Shown here piece by piece: positions 53,591-63,484 of a DNA stretch of 64,000 nt (its first letter is position 1; the number at the start of each line of letters is the position of its first letter). Location of the stretch: the NCBI RefSeq assembly GCF_013004595.1, contig NZ_JABEMC010000001.1:248001-312000 (forward strand), read 5' to 3'. The notes below the pieces were generated by a model. It did no database searches, was not told where the DNA came from, and worked only from the letters and a program-made list of their open reading frames with translations. The position numbers and the translations under genes are program-made. This stretch comes from Brevibacterium luteolum. GTDB lineage: Bacteria; Actinomycetota; Actinomycetes; Actinomycetales; Brevibacteriaceae.

Positions 53591-54382
53591 ATGAGCGTGC
53601 TGGACCAGCTGCGCCGGCCCATCGAGAGCATCGAGGGTTTCGGCTTCACCGTCACCGGTGGAGTCGGGACCCTCGTCCTCGATCGGCCCGAGAAGCGCAA
53701 CGCCCTCTCCCGCCGGATGTGGAAGGCCCTGCCGGGGATCCTTGCGGCCATCGATGCTGCTGAGGAGATCGACGTCCTCATCCTCACGGGTGCTGGCGGG
53801 CACTTCTCGGCAGGCTCCGACATCCATGACCTCAATGTGCCGTTGGCGGACTTCTGGGAGACGAACTCCGCGGCCGAGGCGGCACTCGCCTCGGTCTCGA
53901 TTCCCACCATCGCCGCGATCGAGGGCAATTGTGTGGGCGGCGGCACCGAGCTTGCGGCTGCCTGCGATGTGCGGGTGGCAGCACCCGGCACCATCTACGG
54001 GGTGACAGCCGCGAAGCTCGGCCTCGTCTACCCGCCGGGGCCCACCAAGCGGCTGGCGGCGATCATCGGCGATGCATGGGCGAAGTACTTCCTGCTCACC
54101 GCCGAGATCATCGACTTCGACCAGGCCGTCAACCTCGGCTTCATCCACACCGTCTCCGACCACCCGCTGGAGACGGCCCGGGAGATCGCTGCGACGATCG
54201 CCAGCCGCTCGCCGCTGTCCCAGACCGGGGCCAAGCGAATCCTCTCAGGCGAGGTGCCCGACGTCTCTGACGGTTCGTGGCTGGCTGAGGCGTATGCCAC
54301 CGAGATCGTCGAAGGGCAGGAAGCGTTCTTCGCCAAGCGCCGGCCCGACTTCTCGTTCACCCGCCAGGACTGGCAGGACTGA
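53591..54382 (+). CDS. Enoyl-CoA hydratase/isomerase family protein
   Basis: RPEKRNAL, FSAGSDI, IEGNCVGGG.ELA.ACD, F.AKRRP.F. Confidence 0.92.
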   Translation: MSVLDQLRRPIESIEGFGFTVTGGVGTLVLDRPEKRNALSRRMWKALPGILAAIDAAEEIDVLILTGAGGHFSAGSDIHDLNVPLADFWETNSAAEAALASVSIPTIAAIEGNCVGGGTELAAACDVRVAAPGTIYGVTAAKLGLVYPPGPTKRLAAIIGDAWAKYFLLTAEIIDFDQAVNLGFIHTVSDHPLETAREIAATIASRSPLSQTGAKRILSGEVPDVSDGSWLAEAYATEIVEGQEAFFAKRRPDFSFTRQDWQD

Positions 54383-54415
54383 CCCGCTCCCGAGGCGATT
54401 CTCCAGTCCCGGCCG

Positions 54416-54446
54416 ACGCCCCCGCATCCGTGCGGGGGCGTTCTTG
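54416..54446 (+). terminator. Intrinsic terminator of the prp operon
   Basis: ACGCCCCCGCA-TCCG-TGCGGGGGCGT followed by TCTTG. Confidence 0.78.
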
Positions 54447-54463
54447 TATCTCCTCGCGTTGAA

Positions 54464-54489
54464 TGGTCTACTAGTTGAGTAGCTAACCA
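54464..54489. promoter_or_regulatory. YtrA-type GntR operator candidate
   Basis: TGGT-N3-CTA-N6-TAG-N3-ACCA imperfect long palindrome just upstream of the GntR gene. Confidence 0.6.
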
Positions 54490-54502
54490 ATGAGGAAGAT
54501 CG

Positions 54503-54877
54503 ATGATCGAAGAAGGCCGCGCGCTGTTCCTGCAGATCGCAGAGAACATCGAGAACACCATCGTTGACGGCTCACTGGCTGAGGAGTCCCGGGCTCCGTC
54601 GACGAACGAGCTCGCCGCCTTCTACCGCGTCAACCCGGCCACCGCCGCCAAAGGGCTGACGGTGCTCGCCGACAAGGGCCTGCTGACCAAAAAGCGGGGG
54701 ATCGGCATGTTCGTCACCGCCGGCGCCCGCGAGAAGCTGCGGGCCGAACGCCGCGCAGTCTTCGCCGAGCGCTACGTTGAGCCGCTGATGGTCGAAGCCG
54801 CCACCATCGGGCTCAACGCCGGTGAGGTCATCGCCATGGTCAAGGACCGCGCAACGTCGGTCGGAGCCCAGGCATGA
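54503..54877 (+). CDS. GntR (YtrA subfamily) regulator
   Basis: LFLQIA, PSTNELA..YRVNPATA.K, KKRGIGMFV; short C-terminal domain. Confidence 0.93.
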   Translation: MIEEGRALFLQIAENIENTIVDGSLAEESRAPSTNELAAFYRVNPATAAKGLTVLADKGLLTKKRGIGMFVTAGAREKLRAERRAVFAERYVEPLMVEAATIGLNAGEVIAMVKDRATSVGAQA

Positions 54878-55797
54878 ACCCCGTCGTCAGCGTCCGCGAC
54901 CTCGTCAAGACCTACCCGTCGGGCAATGCGCTCGACGGCGTGAGCTTCGACCTGGAACCCGGCGCCATCTACGGCTTCCTCGGCCGCAACGGCGCCGGCA
55001 AGTCGACGACCATGGCGATCCTCACCGGCCAGCTCTTCGCCACCTCGGGCACAGTGCGCGTCTTCTGCGAGAACCCCTATGAGAACCCGCGCGTGCTCGG
55101 CCGGATGTGCTTCGTGCGCGAGAACCAGAAGTACCCCGAATCGATGACCGCCGCCCAGGCGCTGCGCGCAGCCAGCCTCTTCTACCCCGGCTGGGACCAC
55201 GACTTCGCCGAGCGCCTCGTGGCCGACTTCCGGCTGCCGCTGAAAACGAAGGTCAAGAAGCTCTCGCGCGGCCAGCTCTCGGCTGTCGGCGTCATCATCG
55301 GGCTGTGCTCGCGGGCCGAGATCACCTTCTTCGACGAGCCCTACCTCGGACTCGACGCCGTGGCGCGGCGGATCTTCTACGACCGCCTCATCGCCGACTA
55401 CGCCGAGCACCCCCGCACGATCCTCATGTCCTCGCACCTCATCGACGAGATCGCCAACCTCATCGAGCGCGTCCTCGTCATCGATGCCGGCCGCATCATC
55501 ATGGACGAGACCGTCGAAGAGGCCACCTCGGCCGTCACACGCGCCTCAGGACCCACCGCCGCACTCGACCGGCTCGCCCGCGGCCACCGGGTGCTCCAGC
55601 GCAGGACCATGGGCAGTGCCGGCGCGCTCGTCTTCCACGGCATTCCCAATGAGTCCGAGTCGGACATGGCCGCCCAGTCCGGCGTGCGCCTCGAACCAGT
55701 CGGGCTGCAGGAGTCGATCGTCCACCGCACTGCGGCCGCCGCCACGGCGACCGGCCCCGAGCTGACCCCCTCCAGCATGGAAGGAGCGCTGTCATGA
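54874..55797 (+). CDS. ABC transporter ATP-binding protein
   Basis: GRNGAGKST, LSRGQ, DEPYLGLD, SSH. Confidence 0.93.
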   Translation: MNPVVSVRDLVKTYPSGNALDGVSFDLEPGAIYGFLGRNGAGKSTTMAILTGQLFATSGTVRVFCENPYENPRVLGRMCFVRENQKYPESMTAAQALRAASLFYPGWDHDFAERLVADFRLPLKTKVKKLSRGQLSAVGVIIGLCSRAEITFFDEPYLGLDAVARRIFYDRLIADYAEHPRTILMSSHLIDEIANLIERVLVIDAGRIIMDETVEEATSAVTRASGPTAALDRLARGHRVLQRRTMGSAGALVFHGIPNESESDMAAQSGVRLEPVGLQESIVHRTAAAATATGPELTPSSMEGALS

Positions 55798-56489
55798 GCC
55801 AGACCGAGCGCATCGTCAATGTCATCCGCCTGCAGTTCGTCAACCGGCAGCCGTTCCTGTGGGTGCCGCTCATGGTCTTCGGCTTCGCCATTGCGCTGTC
55901 CCTCGTCATCTACGCGATCATCCCCGAATCCGGGCCCAAGTACGGCGGGGCGAGCCAAGCGCCGATGTGGTCGTTCCTCTTCGTCGGCGTGTCCGCGATG
56001 ACCCTGACCTTCCCGTTCTCCCAATCGGTGGGCCTGGCCCGCTGGGAGTTCTACCTCGGCAGCCTGGCAGCGGCGGCTGTCACCTCCGCCGTGCTGGCCA
56101 CGGCGCTCGTCATCCAGGGCGTCATCGAACAGGTCACCGACGGATACGGCATCAACGGCTTCGTCGCCTACCTGCCGTGGGTGTGGGAATCGGGCTGGTG
56201 GAGTGCGTGGCTGACGTTCTTCGTCTTCACGCTCATGGCCTTCGTCCTCGGCTTCTGGGGTGCGACCGTGTTCAAGCGGTGGGGGATGACGGTGCTCGTC
56301 GCCGTCCTCGGCAGCCTTGGTCTCGCTCTCGCCGCTGCGCTGCTCGTCATCTCCCGCCGCGAAGCCTGGGGTGAGGTCATCGCCTGGTTCGCCACCGCCG
56401 GCTCCCTGCAGCTGACCGGCTGGCTTGCGCTGCTGACCGCCGTCCTCGCCGGCCTGTCCTACCTCACCCTGCGCCGCGCGGTGCCCTGA
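55794..56489 (+). CDS. ABC-2 type permease
   Basis: About six TM segments; coupled to the ATPase gene. Confidence 0.85.
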   Translation: MSQTERIVNVIRLQFVNRQPFLWVPLMVFGFAIALSLVIYAIIPESGPKYGGASQAPMWSFLFVGVSAMTLTFPFSQSVGLARWEFYLGSLAAAAVTSAVLATALVIQGVIEQVTDGYGINGFVAYLPWVWESGWWSAWLTFFVFTLMAFVLGFWGATVFKRWGMTVLVAVLGSLGLALAAALLVISRREAWGEVIAWFATAGSLQLTGWLALLTAVLAGLSYLTLRRAVP

Positions 56490-56668
56490 GCATCCGCATC
56501 GACCCGGCCGCCCGCGCCGCCCACATCCGGGCCAGCGGGCGGCCGGCGGCACCGGTTCCGGCTCCGGTGCCCCGTGCCCGAGGCGGAACCCGCCTGCGCA
56601 GATGGGCAGGTCGCCTTGTGCGACGGACACCGGATGAGCCGAGGGCCATGTGACTGTAGGATGAACCC

Positions 56669-57646
56669 GTGCGCCTTGCAGTTCTCGATATCGGATCCAA
56701 CAGCATCCACCTCCTCGTCGTGGATGCCCACGTCGGTGCCCCGCCGATGCCGGCCACCTCGCATAAAGAGGTGCTGCGCCTAGCCGAGCACCTCAAAGAC
56801 GACGGATCGATCACCTCGTACGGCCAGCAGCGCCTCGTCGACTTCTGCAAGGAGTCGATCACCATCGCCGAAGAGCAGGGCTCCGAGCAGATCCTCGCCT
56901 TTGCCACCTCGGCGATCCGCAGCGCACCCAACGGCGATGAGACGATCGAACGGATCCACAGGGAATCCGGGCTCACCCTCAACGTCATGAGCGGGGAGGA
57001 GGAAGCCCGCATCACCTTCCTCGCCGCCCGCCGCTGGTTCGGCTGGTCAGCCGGCAACATCCTGCTCCTCGACATCGGCGGCGGCTCACTGGAGATCGCT
57101 GCCGGCACCGACGAATACCCCGACATCGCGCTCTCCCTGCCGCTGGGTGCTGGGCGCATGCACAGCCGGTTCCTCTCCGCCGACCAGCCCAGCGAGGACG
57201 ACATCGCCGCCCTGCGCCACCTCGCGCGCAAGGAGATCGGCCGGATCGCCGGTGACGTCAACCGCGTCGGCAAGCCGGAGAAGATCGTCGGCTCGTCGAA
57301 GACCTTCCGGTCCCTGGCCCGCATCGCCGGTGCCGCGCCGAGCGGCGACGGCATCTATGTGCCGCGCAAGCTGCAGCGCAAGGACATGCCCGGCATCATC
57401 GACACGCTGCTCTCGCGCACTCCCGCACAGCGCGCCGAGCTGCCCGGCGTCTCCGCGGCCCGCTCCGGGCAGGTGCTCGCCGGCGCGATCGTCGCGGATG
57501 TCGCGTTCACGATCTTCGGCATCGAATCGATGAAGATCAGCCCCTGGGCGCTGCGCGAGGGCATCATCATGCGCAAGCTGGACCTGCTCGACTCCTCGGA
57601 GTCCGTGTCCATTCCGCGCGGCCGCCCGCTCGCCCTCGACCTGTAG
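56669..57646 (+). CDS. ppx: Ppx/GppA exopolyphosphatase
   Basis: LDIGSNSIHL, ATSAIR.A.N, GEEEA, DIGGGSLE, LREG. Confidence 0.93.
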   Translation: MRLAVLDIGSNSIHLLVVDAHVGAPPMPATSHKEVLRLAEHLKDDGSITSYGQQRLVDFCKESITIAEEQGSEQILAFATSAIRSAPNGDETIERIHRESGLTLNVMSGEEEARITFLAARRWFGWSAGNILLLDIGGGSLEIAAGTDEYPDIALSLPLGAGRMHSRFLSADQPSEDDIAALRHLARKEIGRIAGDVNRVGKPEKIVGSSKTFRSLARIAGAAPSGDGIYVPRKLQRKDMPGIIDTLLSRTPAQRAELPGVSAARSGQVLAGAIVADVAFTIFGIESMKISPWALREGIIMRKLDLLDSSESVSIPRGRPLALDL

Positions 57647-57668
57647 GCCGCGTACTAGACTGTTCGGT

Positions 57669-58598
57669 GTGACACCGAGAGCATCGCGACCCCGACGGAC
57701 GTTCCGCAAGGCGCTGACGACGCCGAACTCCGCGCGCGCGAACTCCCGCCGCCACCGCGAGTTCTTCGAACGCGTCCCGGTCTACGAGTTCGGCGTCAGA
57801 CACGTCTCCGACCACCCGATCCGGCTGGGCCTGTCGACCTCCTCGGTCTATCCGATGACGGTCACCACCTGCTTCGACACCGCCGCCCGCCTCGGCTACG
57901 AGGGCGTCGAGATCATGATCACCAACAGCGCCGAGACCCAGGACGTCGACTTCATCCGCTCCGAAGTGCAGCGCACCGGCCTGCCCGTGCTCTCGCTGCA
58001 CGCCCCGACCCTGCTGTTCATGCCGCGGGTGATGACGAGTGATCACTGGGAGAAGCTGCGCATCACCTGCCGGATCGCCGCCGAGGTCGGCGCCCGCTCA
58101 GTCGTCCTCCACCCGCCGTTCCGCTGGCAGGGCGACTACGCCCGCAACTTCGTCACCGGAGTGCGCGAGATCAGCGAGGAGACCGGCATCACCCTGGCCG
58201 TGGAGAACATGTACCCGTGGCGGGCCGGCATCCGCGAAGTCCAGGTCTACCTGCCCGACTGGAACCCGATCGGCTACGACTACGACGCCGTCACCTTCGA
58301 CTTCTCACACGCCGCGACCGCCGGGATGAACGCACTCGAAGCGGTCCAGGAGCTGTTCGGCCGGCTCCACCACATCCACCTGACCGACGGGGTCGGATCG
58401 CTCAAGGACGAACACCTCGTGCCCGGTCGCGGCCACATGCCCGTCGCCGAGGTGCTGCAGTACCTGGCCAAGGAGAACTGGTCCGGCGACGTCGTCGTCG
58501 AGGTCAACACCCGCTTCACCACCAGCTCCCGCAAGCGCGAGGAGATGCTCATCGAATCGCTCGAGTTCGCCAAGCGCCACCTCGGCCTGCGCGACTGA
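57669..58598 (+). CDS. Sugar-phosphate isomerase/epimerase-like TIM-barrel protein
   Basis: LSTSSVYP, LGYEGVE, HPPFRWQ, VENMYPW, HIHLTDG, DEHLVPG. Confidence 0.87.
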   Translation: MTPRASRPRRTFRKALTTPNSARANSRRHREFFERVPVYEFGVRHVSDHPIRLGLSTSSVYPMTVTTCFDTAARLGYEGVEIMITNSAETQDVDFIRSEVQRTGLPVLSLHAPTLLFMPRVMTSDHWEKLRITCRIAAEVGARSVVLHPPFRWQGDYARNFVTGVREISEETGITLAVENMYPWRAGIREVQVYLPDWNPIGYDYDAVTFDFSHAATAGMNALEAVQELFGRLHHIHLTDGVGSLKDEHLVPGRGHMPVAEVLQYLAKENWSGDVVVEVNTRFTTSSRKREEMLIESLEFAKRHLGLRD

Positions 58599-58620
58599 AC
58601 CGAACCGACAGGAGGACGTC

Positions 58621-59436
58621 ATGACACTGGCATTCATCGGCACCGGATCGATGGGCACCGCCCTGCTGGCAGGAGTGATCGCCGGTGGCTGCGACCCGGC
58701 TGAGACCATCGCGACGACGAAGTCCGCCGACAGCGCCCGCAGGCTCGAACGCGAGCACGGGGTCCGCGCCCTGGCCCTTGATGACGATCCCGATGCCAAT
58801 CGCAGCGCTGCCGCCGAGGCGGACTGCGTTCTCCTCGGCGTCAAACCGTGGATGGTCAAGGACACCGCCGCCGAGGTGGGTGCTGCGATGGCAGCCGACG
58901 CGATCCTCGTGTCGATGGCCGCAGGCGTCACCCTCGACCAGCTGGCAGCCGCCTCCGGGCGCGAGGCGGTGGTGCGGATCATGCCGAACACGCCCTGCCA
59001 GATCGGCTGCGGGGTCATCTCACTGTCCCCGGCTGAGGCGGTCAGCCCGGACAGGGTCGAGACCCTGCGGCAGCTGCTGTCGGGTGCCGGTGATGTCGTG
59101 CCCCTTGACGAAGACCTGATCCCGGCGATGACCGGGATCTCCGGTTCGGGAGTCGCCTACTTCTTCCTGCTCGCCGAGGAGATGGTCAAGGCCGGCGTGG
59201 CGATGGGACTCGACGAGGAGACCGCTGCCGGCATGGTGGTGCGCACCGCTGAGGGCGCCGGCCGGCTGCTGGCGAAGCACCCGGACCCTGAAGCGCTGCG
59301 CACCGCGGTGACGAGCACCGGCGGGACGACCCACGCGGCGATCACGACCTTCCAGGACGCCGGATTCACCGGCCTCGTCGAACGCGCGGCCCAGGCTGCC
59401 GGGCAGCGGGCCATCGAGATGGCCGACGAGTACTGA
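58621..59436 (+). CDS. proC: Pyrroline-5-carboxylate reductase
   Basis: FIGTGSMG, VKP, RIMPNTP, SGSG.AY, VTSTGGTT. Confidence 0.96.
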   Translation: MTLAFIGTGSMGTALLAGVIAGGCDPAETIATTKSADSARRLEREHGVRALALDDDPDANRSAAAEADCVLLGVKPWMVKDTAAEVGAAMAADAILVSMAAGVTLDQLAAASGREAVVRIMPNTPCQIGCGVISLSPAEAVSPDRVETLRQLLSGAGDVVPLDEDLIPAMTGISGSGVAYFFLLAEEMVKAGVAMGLDEETAAGMVVRTAEGAGRLLAKHPDPEALRTAVTSTGGTTHAAITTFQDAGFTGLVERAAQAAGQRAIEMADEY

Positions 59437-59476
59437 GCCGACGAGTACTGAGCCGGCGAGCACTGAGCCGGCGAGC
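59422..59476 (+). repeat. 15-bp tandem repeat duplicating the proC 3' end and stop codon
   Basis: GCCGACGAGTACTGA twice, GCCGGCGAGCACTGA, then a partial GCCGGCGAGC. Confidence 0.9.
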
Positions 59477-59479
59477 CGG

Positions 59480-61150
59480 TCAGCCGGCGCGACCCTCCCG
59501 CTCGATGTGGCTGCGCGCGTGCGCGACTGCGGCATTGAGGTCGTCGAAGAGGTGCTTGGGGTGCCGCAGAGCCGCTGACAGCCCGCCGGTGCGGGCCAGC
59601 CGCTCATGGCGGGCCTGGATGCCCTTGACGAGCACCGTGATGCCGCGGCGCTCGAGTGTGGTGACGAGTTCGGTGATGACCCGAGCGCCGGTCGAGTCGA
59701 GCATCCGGATCTGCGACATCCGGAGGATGACGACCGAAACGTCCTCGATATCGGCCAGCTCGGTCAGCAGCCGGTCGCCGACACCGAAGAACAGCGCTCC
59801 GTCGAGCCGGAACAGGGCGATGCGTTCATCGCCGGGCTGCGCCGTGCCCGGCAGCTCCTCCCGCGTCGTCGTCGACTGCGCCGACAGGGTGCGCAGCGCG
59901 AAGAACGCGGTGGCGACGATGCCGATGCCGACCGCGATGATGAGATCGAAGGACACGGTGATGAGCGCGGTGAGCCAGAAGACGAGCGCATCGGCACGCG
60001 AGGCGCGGCACACCTCGGCGGCCACAGGCACATTCACCATCCGCACCGCCGTCAGCAGCAGCACCCCGGCCAGCGCGGCGAGCGGGATCTGGGAGACGAA
60101 GCGGGCGGCGAAGAGCACCACGCCGATGAGCACGAGGGCGTGGACGATGGCCGCCAGTCGCGTCTGTGCACCGGATCGGATGTTGACGGCCGTGCGCGCG
60201 ATCGCACCGGTGGCTGGCATGCCGCCGAAGAACCCGGCGCCGATCGACGCCAGCCCTTGGCCGACGAGCTCCCGGTCGCCGTTGTAGTGCCCGACCGGGC
60301 TGAGTGTCGACGCGACGCGGGCCGAGAGCAGCGACTCGATCGCCGCCAGTGCTGCGACCGTGAGCGCCGGACCGGACAGGGCGGCGATGAGGTGAAGATC
60401 GAAGGCCGGCAGATGCGGCAGCGGCAGCGTCTCGGGCAGGGCGCCGATTCGCTCGAGCGGAGCATCGAGCCAGGCGGCGAGCAGCGCGGCAACGATGATC
60501 CCGATGATCGAGCCGGGCAGCTGCGGGTGGATGAGCGGGGCCAGCAGCATGATGCCGATGACAAGTCCCACGGTGCCCAGCGTCCAGCCGAGCTGCGGCC
60601 AGCTGGCCCCGGCAGCGGCCTGCACGGCATGGACGACGGCGTTGCGGGACTGCCCGGTGTCACTGCCGAGGGCAGCCGGGATCTGCTGGAAGAAGATGAT
60701 CGTCGCAATCCCGAGCGTGAAGCCCTCGATGACGGGAAACGGGATGAACGCGACGCTACGGCCCAGCCGCAGCAGCCCGGCGAAAACGACGAGGACACCG
60801 GCCATGAGGGCGACGACCGGGATCGCGGCAGGACCGTGGGCAGCGGCGATCGGGGCGAGCACGACGACCATCGCACCGGTCGGCCCGGACACCTGCACAT
60901 GCGAACCGCCGAAGACCGCGGCGATGAGACCGGCGACGATCGCCGTGACGAGGCCGGCCTCGGCGCTGAGCCCTGAGGAGATCGCGAATGCCAGTGCCAA
61001 CGGCAGCGCGACGATGCCGACGGTGAGACCGGCGAGCAGATCCCGCCGCCACGTCTGCGGCAGCCGCCGGTAGTCCGCGGCATTGGGCAGCAGTGAGGCG
61101 CGCGGCAGCAGCGCGCGCAGGCGGCTGGGCTCAGGCGGCACAGGCACCAT
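59480..61150 (-). CDS. SulP family anion transporter with STAS domain
   Basis: DLLAGLTVGIVALPLALAF, GGS..QVSGPTGAM, ESLLSA, N.DREL.GQG, STAS G.LFF..LDSTG. Confidence 0.94.
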   Translation of the reverse strand: MVPVPPEPSRLRALLPRASLLPNAADYRRLPQTWRRDLLAGLTVGIVALPLALAFAISSGLSAEAGLVTAIVAGLIAAVFGGSHVQVSGPTGAMVVVLAPIAAAHGPAAIPVVALMAGVLVVFAGLLRLGRSVAFIPFPVIEGFTLGIATIIFFQQIPAALGSDTGQSRNAVVHAVQAAAGASWPQLGWTLGTVGLVIGIMLLAPLIHPQLPGSIIGIIVAALLAAWLDAPLERIGALPETLPLPHLPAFDLHLIAALSGPALTVAALAAIESLLSARVASTLSPVGHYNGDRELVGQGLASIGAGFFGGMPATGAIARTAVNIRSGAQTRLAAIVHALVLIGVVLFAARFVSQIPLAALAGVLLLTAVRMVNVPVAAEVCRASRADALVFWLTALITVSFDLIIAVGIGIVATAFFALRTLSAQSTTTREELPGTAQPGDERIALFRLDGALFFGVGDRLLTELADIEDVSVVILRMSQIRMLDSTGARVITELVTTLERRGITVLVKGIQARHERLARTGGLSAALRHPKHLFDDLNAAVAHARSHIEREGRAG

Positions 61151-61298
61151 CACACCTCCGGCAGTCGACACGGGTCCCCACAGCGACCCGCTGGGGGCAG
61201 CGGCCCGCTGGGGGCCGAGCATCCTCATCCAAGCATGCCTGCGGCCGCGGCGGGGGCAGTGTCAGGAAGCTGAGACCGCCGGGCTCAGCGCGTGGGGT

Positions 61299-61976
61299 TC
61301 AGGGGCGGCCGGCGAAGCGGCCGAGCAGCTCGACGTGACCGGCGACGATGAGGACATCCTGGCTGCCGACGCGGGAGGACGGCTCCGCGTAGGTGAAGTC
61401 CCGGCCGGGGCTCTTGATGCCGACGACGGTGACGCCGTAGGTGTCGCGGATGCCGGATTCGGCGAGCGTGAAGCCCTGCACCTCCTTCGGCGGGCGCATC
61501 TTGACAACCGCGAAGTGGCCGTCGTCGAACTCGATGTAGTCGAGCATCTGCGAGGACACGAGGTGGGCCACGCGCGCTCCGGCCTCGGATTCGGGAAACA
61601 GCACATGCTCAGCGCCGATGCGGCGCAGGATCTTGCCGTGGGAGTTCGAGATCGCCTTCGCCCACACCTGGTCGATGCCGAGGTCGACGAGGTTGGCCGT
61701 CGAGAGCACACTTGCCTCGATTGAGGTGCCGATGCCGACGACCGCGGTCGAGAAGTCCTGGACACCCAGCTGGCGCAGCGCTTCGATGTTCGTCGCATCC
61801 GCCTCGACGACGTGGGTGAGCCGGCCGGACCACTCCTGGACCATCTCCGCATTTCGCTCGACAGCCATCACCTCGCGGCCGAGCCTGATGAGGTTCTCAG
61901 CCGTCGAAGCGCCGAAGCGGCCGAGGCCGATGACGAGGATCGCATCGTTCGCGGGTTTTCCCGACTGCTTAGCCAA
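61299..61976 (-). CDS. trkA: Trk/Ktr potassium uptake regulatory subunit
   Basis: VIGLGRFG RCK_N, DAT, VWAKA, FPE; TTG start overlapping the trkH stop. Confidence 0.92.
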   Translation of the reverse strand: MAKQSGKPANDAILVIGLGRFGASTAENLIRLGREVMAVERNAEMVQEWSGRLTHVVEADATNIEALRQLGVQDFSTAVVGIGTSIEASVLSTANLVDLGIDQVWAKAISNSHGKILRRIGAEHVLFPESEAGARVAHLVSSQMLDYIEFDDGHFAVVKMRPPKEVQGFTLAESGIRDTYGVTVVGIKSPGRDFTYAEPSSRVGSQDVLIVAGHVELLGRFAGRP

Positions 61977-63372
61977 TGATCGGCCTCTCCTCCGGATAGC
62001 GGAACAGACGTTGCTGGTGTCTGGCGGACAGCGAGGCCGCCAAGGTAATCGTACCGAGCCGGCCGAGGAACATGAGAGCACTGAGGACGTACAGACCGGC
62101 ATCAGGGGACTTCTCCGTCACCCCGGAGGACAGCCCGCAGGTGGCGAAGGCGGAGATGACATCGAAGATGACAGCGTCGAGCGGCAGCCGCGTGATGTGC
62201 AGCATCAGCAGGGTGCCGACGAAGACGAGAGCGGCGCCGGCGAGCGTGATCGAGATCGCCACGCGCACCGCTGCCGGGTCGATGCGCCGGTGGAAGACGG
62301 TGACGTCCCTGAGCCCGCGCGCCTCGGCGAGCGCGGCGAGGACGAGCACCGAGATCGTCGTGACCTTGATACCGCCGGCGGTCGAGGACGAGCCGCCGCC
62401 GATGAACATGAGGACGTCGATGAGCAGATGGCTGGTGCCGTACATCTGGGTGACGTCGATCGAGGCCATGCCCCCAGACCGCGGCATCGCAGCCATGAAC
62501 AGGGTGTTGGTGATCGAATCGCCCAGGCTCAACCCGCCGATCGTCTTCTCGTTGCCGGATTCGAAGATGTACAGCAGCACGAAGGACACGAGCAGCAGCA
62601 GTCCGGTGGTCGCCAGCGTCAGCTTCGTGTGCAGGTCCCAGCCGCGCGGGCGATTCCACGTGATCGCGACCATGAGCACCACCGGGAAGCCGAGCGAGCC
62701 GATGAGCATCGAGACCATGAGCACCATGAGGATCCACGGATCGTCGGCGAAGTACTCGATGCCCCCGGTGTGCAGCGTGAACCCGGCGTTGTTGAAGGAG
62801 GTCACGGCATAGAACAGGCCGTGCCACAGCGCTTCGCCCAGCGTCTCGCCGCGGATGAGGAAGCGGGGGGTGAGCAGGGCCATGATGACAGCTTCGACGG
62901 CGAAGATCGTGATGAGCACTGCGCGCAGCAGCGTGCCGACCTGGCCGATCTGGAAGGTGTTCGTCGCCTGTGCGGCGATGAGCCGCTGACGCACGCCCAG
63001 CCGTTTCGACACCGCCATCCCGAGCAGCGACGCCAGTGTCAGGATGCCGAGGCCGCCGACCTGCATCGCCGCGACCATCACCCAGTGGCCGAACGTCGAC
63101 CAGTACTCCTCGGTCACGACCGGGGTCAGGCCGGTGACGCAGACGGTGGACACAGCGACGAACAGGCTGTTGGCGAACGAGTAGTCGGACGTGTCGGCGT
63201 GGGCGACCGGCAGCGACAGCAGCACCGTGAAGATCGCGATCGCGATGACGAACGAGGCGATCGCCAGCCGTGCCGGCGAGGCCTCGGCGACCTCGTCGAG
63301 GACGTCGCGCAGCCGCCGCCCCGGGTGGAACACCCGGTCGGTGAAGGTCGTCTTCGGTCGCTGATGAGCCAC
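61969..63372 (-). CDS. trkH: Trk/Ktr potassium uptake membrane subunit
   Basis: CVTGL, FNNAGF, PRSGG, GG.SSSTAGGIK, ATCGLS, MFLGRLG; TACACT 6 nt before GTG. Confidence 0.94.
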   Translation of the reverse strand: MAHQRPKTTFTDRVFHPGRRLRDVLDEVAEASPARLAIASFVIAIAIFTVLLSLPVAHADTSDYSFANSLFVAVSTVCVTGLTPVVTEEYWSTFGHWVMVAAMQVGGLGILTLASLLGMAVSKRLGVRQRLIAAQATNTFQIGQVGTLLRAVLITIFAVEAVIMALLTPRFLIRGETLGEALWHGLFYAVTSFNNAGFTLHTGGIEYFADDPWILMVLMVSMLIGSLGFPVVLMVAITWNRPRGWDLHTKLTLATTGLLLLVSFVLLYIFESGNEKTIGGLSLGDSITNTLFMAAMPRSGGMASIDVTQMYGTSHLLIDVLMFIGGGSSSTAGGIKVTTISVLVLAALAEARGLRDVTVFHRRIDPAAVRVAISITLAGAALVFVGTLLMLHITRLPLDAVIFDVISAFATCGLSSGVTEKSPDAGLYVLSALMFLGRLGTITLAASLSARHQQRLFRYPEERPIIG

Positions 63373-63484
63373 AGCATCAGTGTAGCCGGGGGCGGCGCGG
63401 CTGCCGCGGCGCTGGCGGGCAGGCGTATGGCGGCTGTGGCGGGGCGCTGTTCCGCAGCTCACACCGAACCAGTAGAGTGTGGCC

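Noticed and set aside
59422..59476. Possible CRISPR-like repeat
   Set aside because: Units are contiguous 15-mers without spacers, and no cas genes are present.
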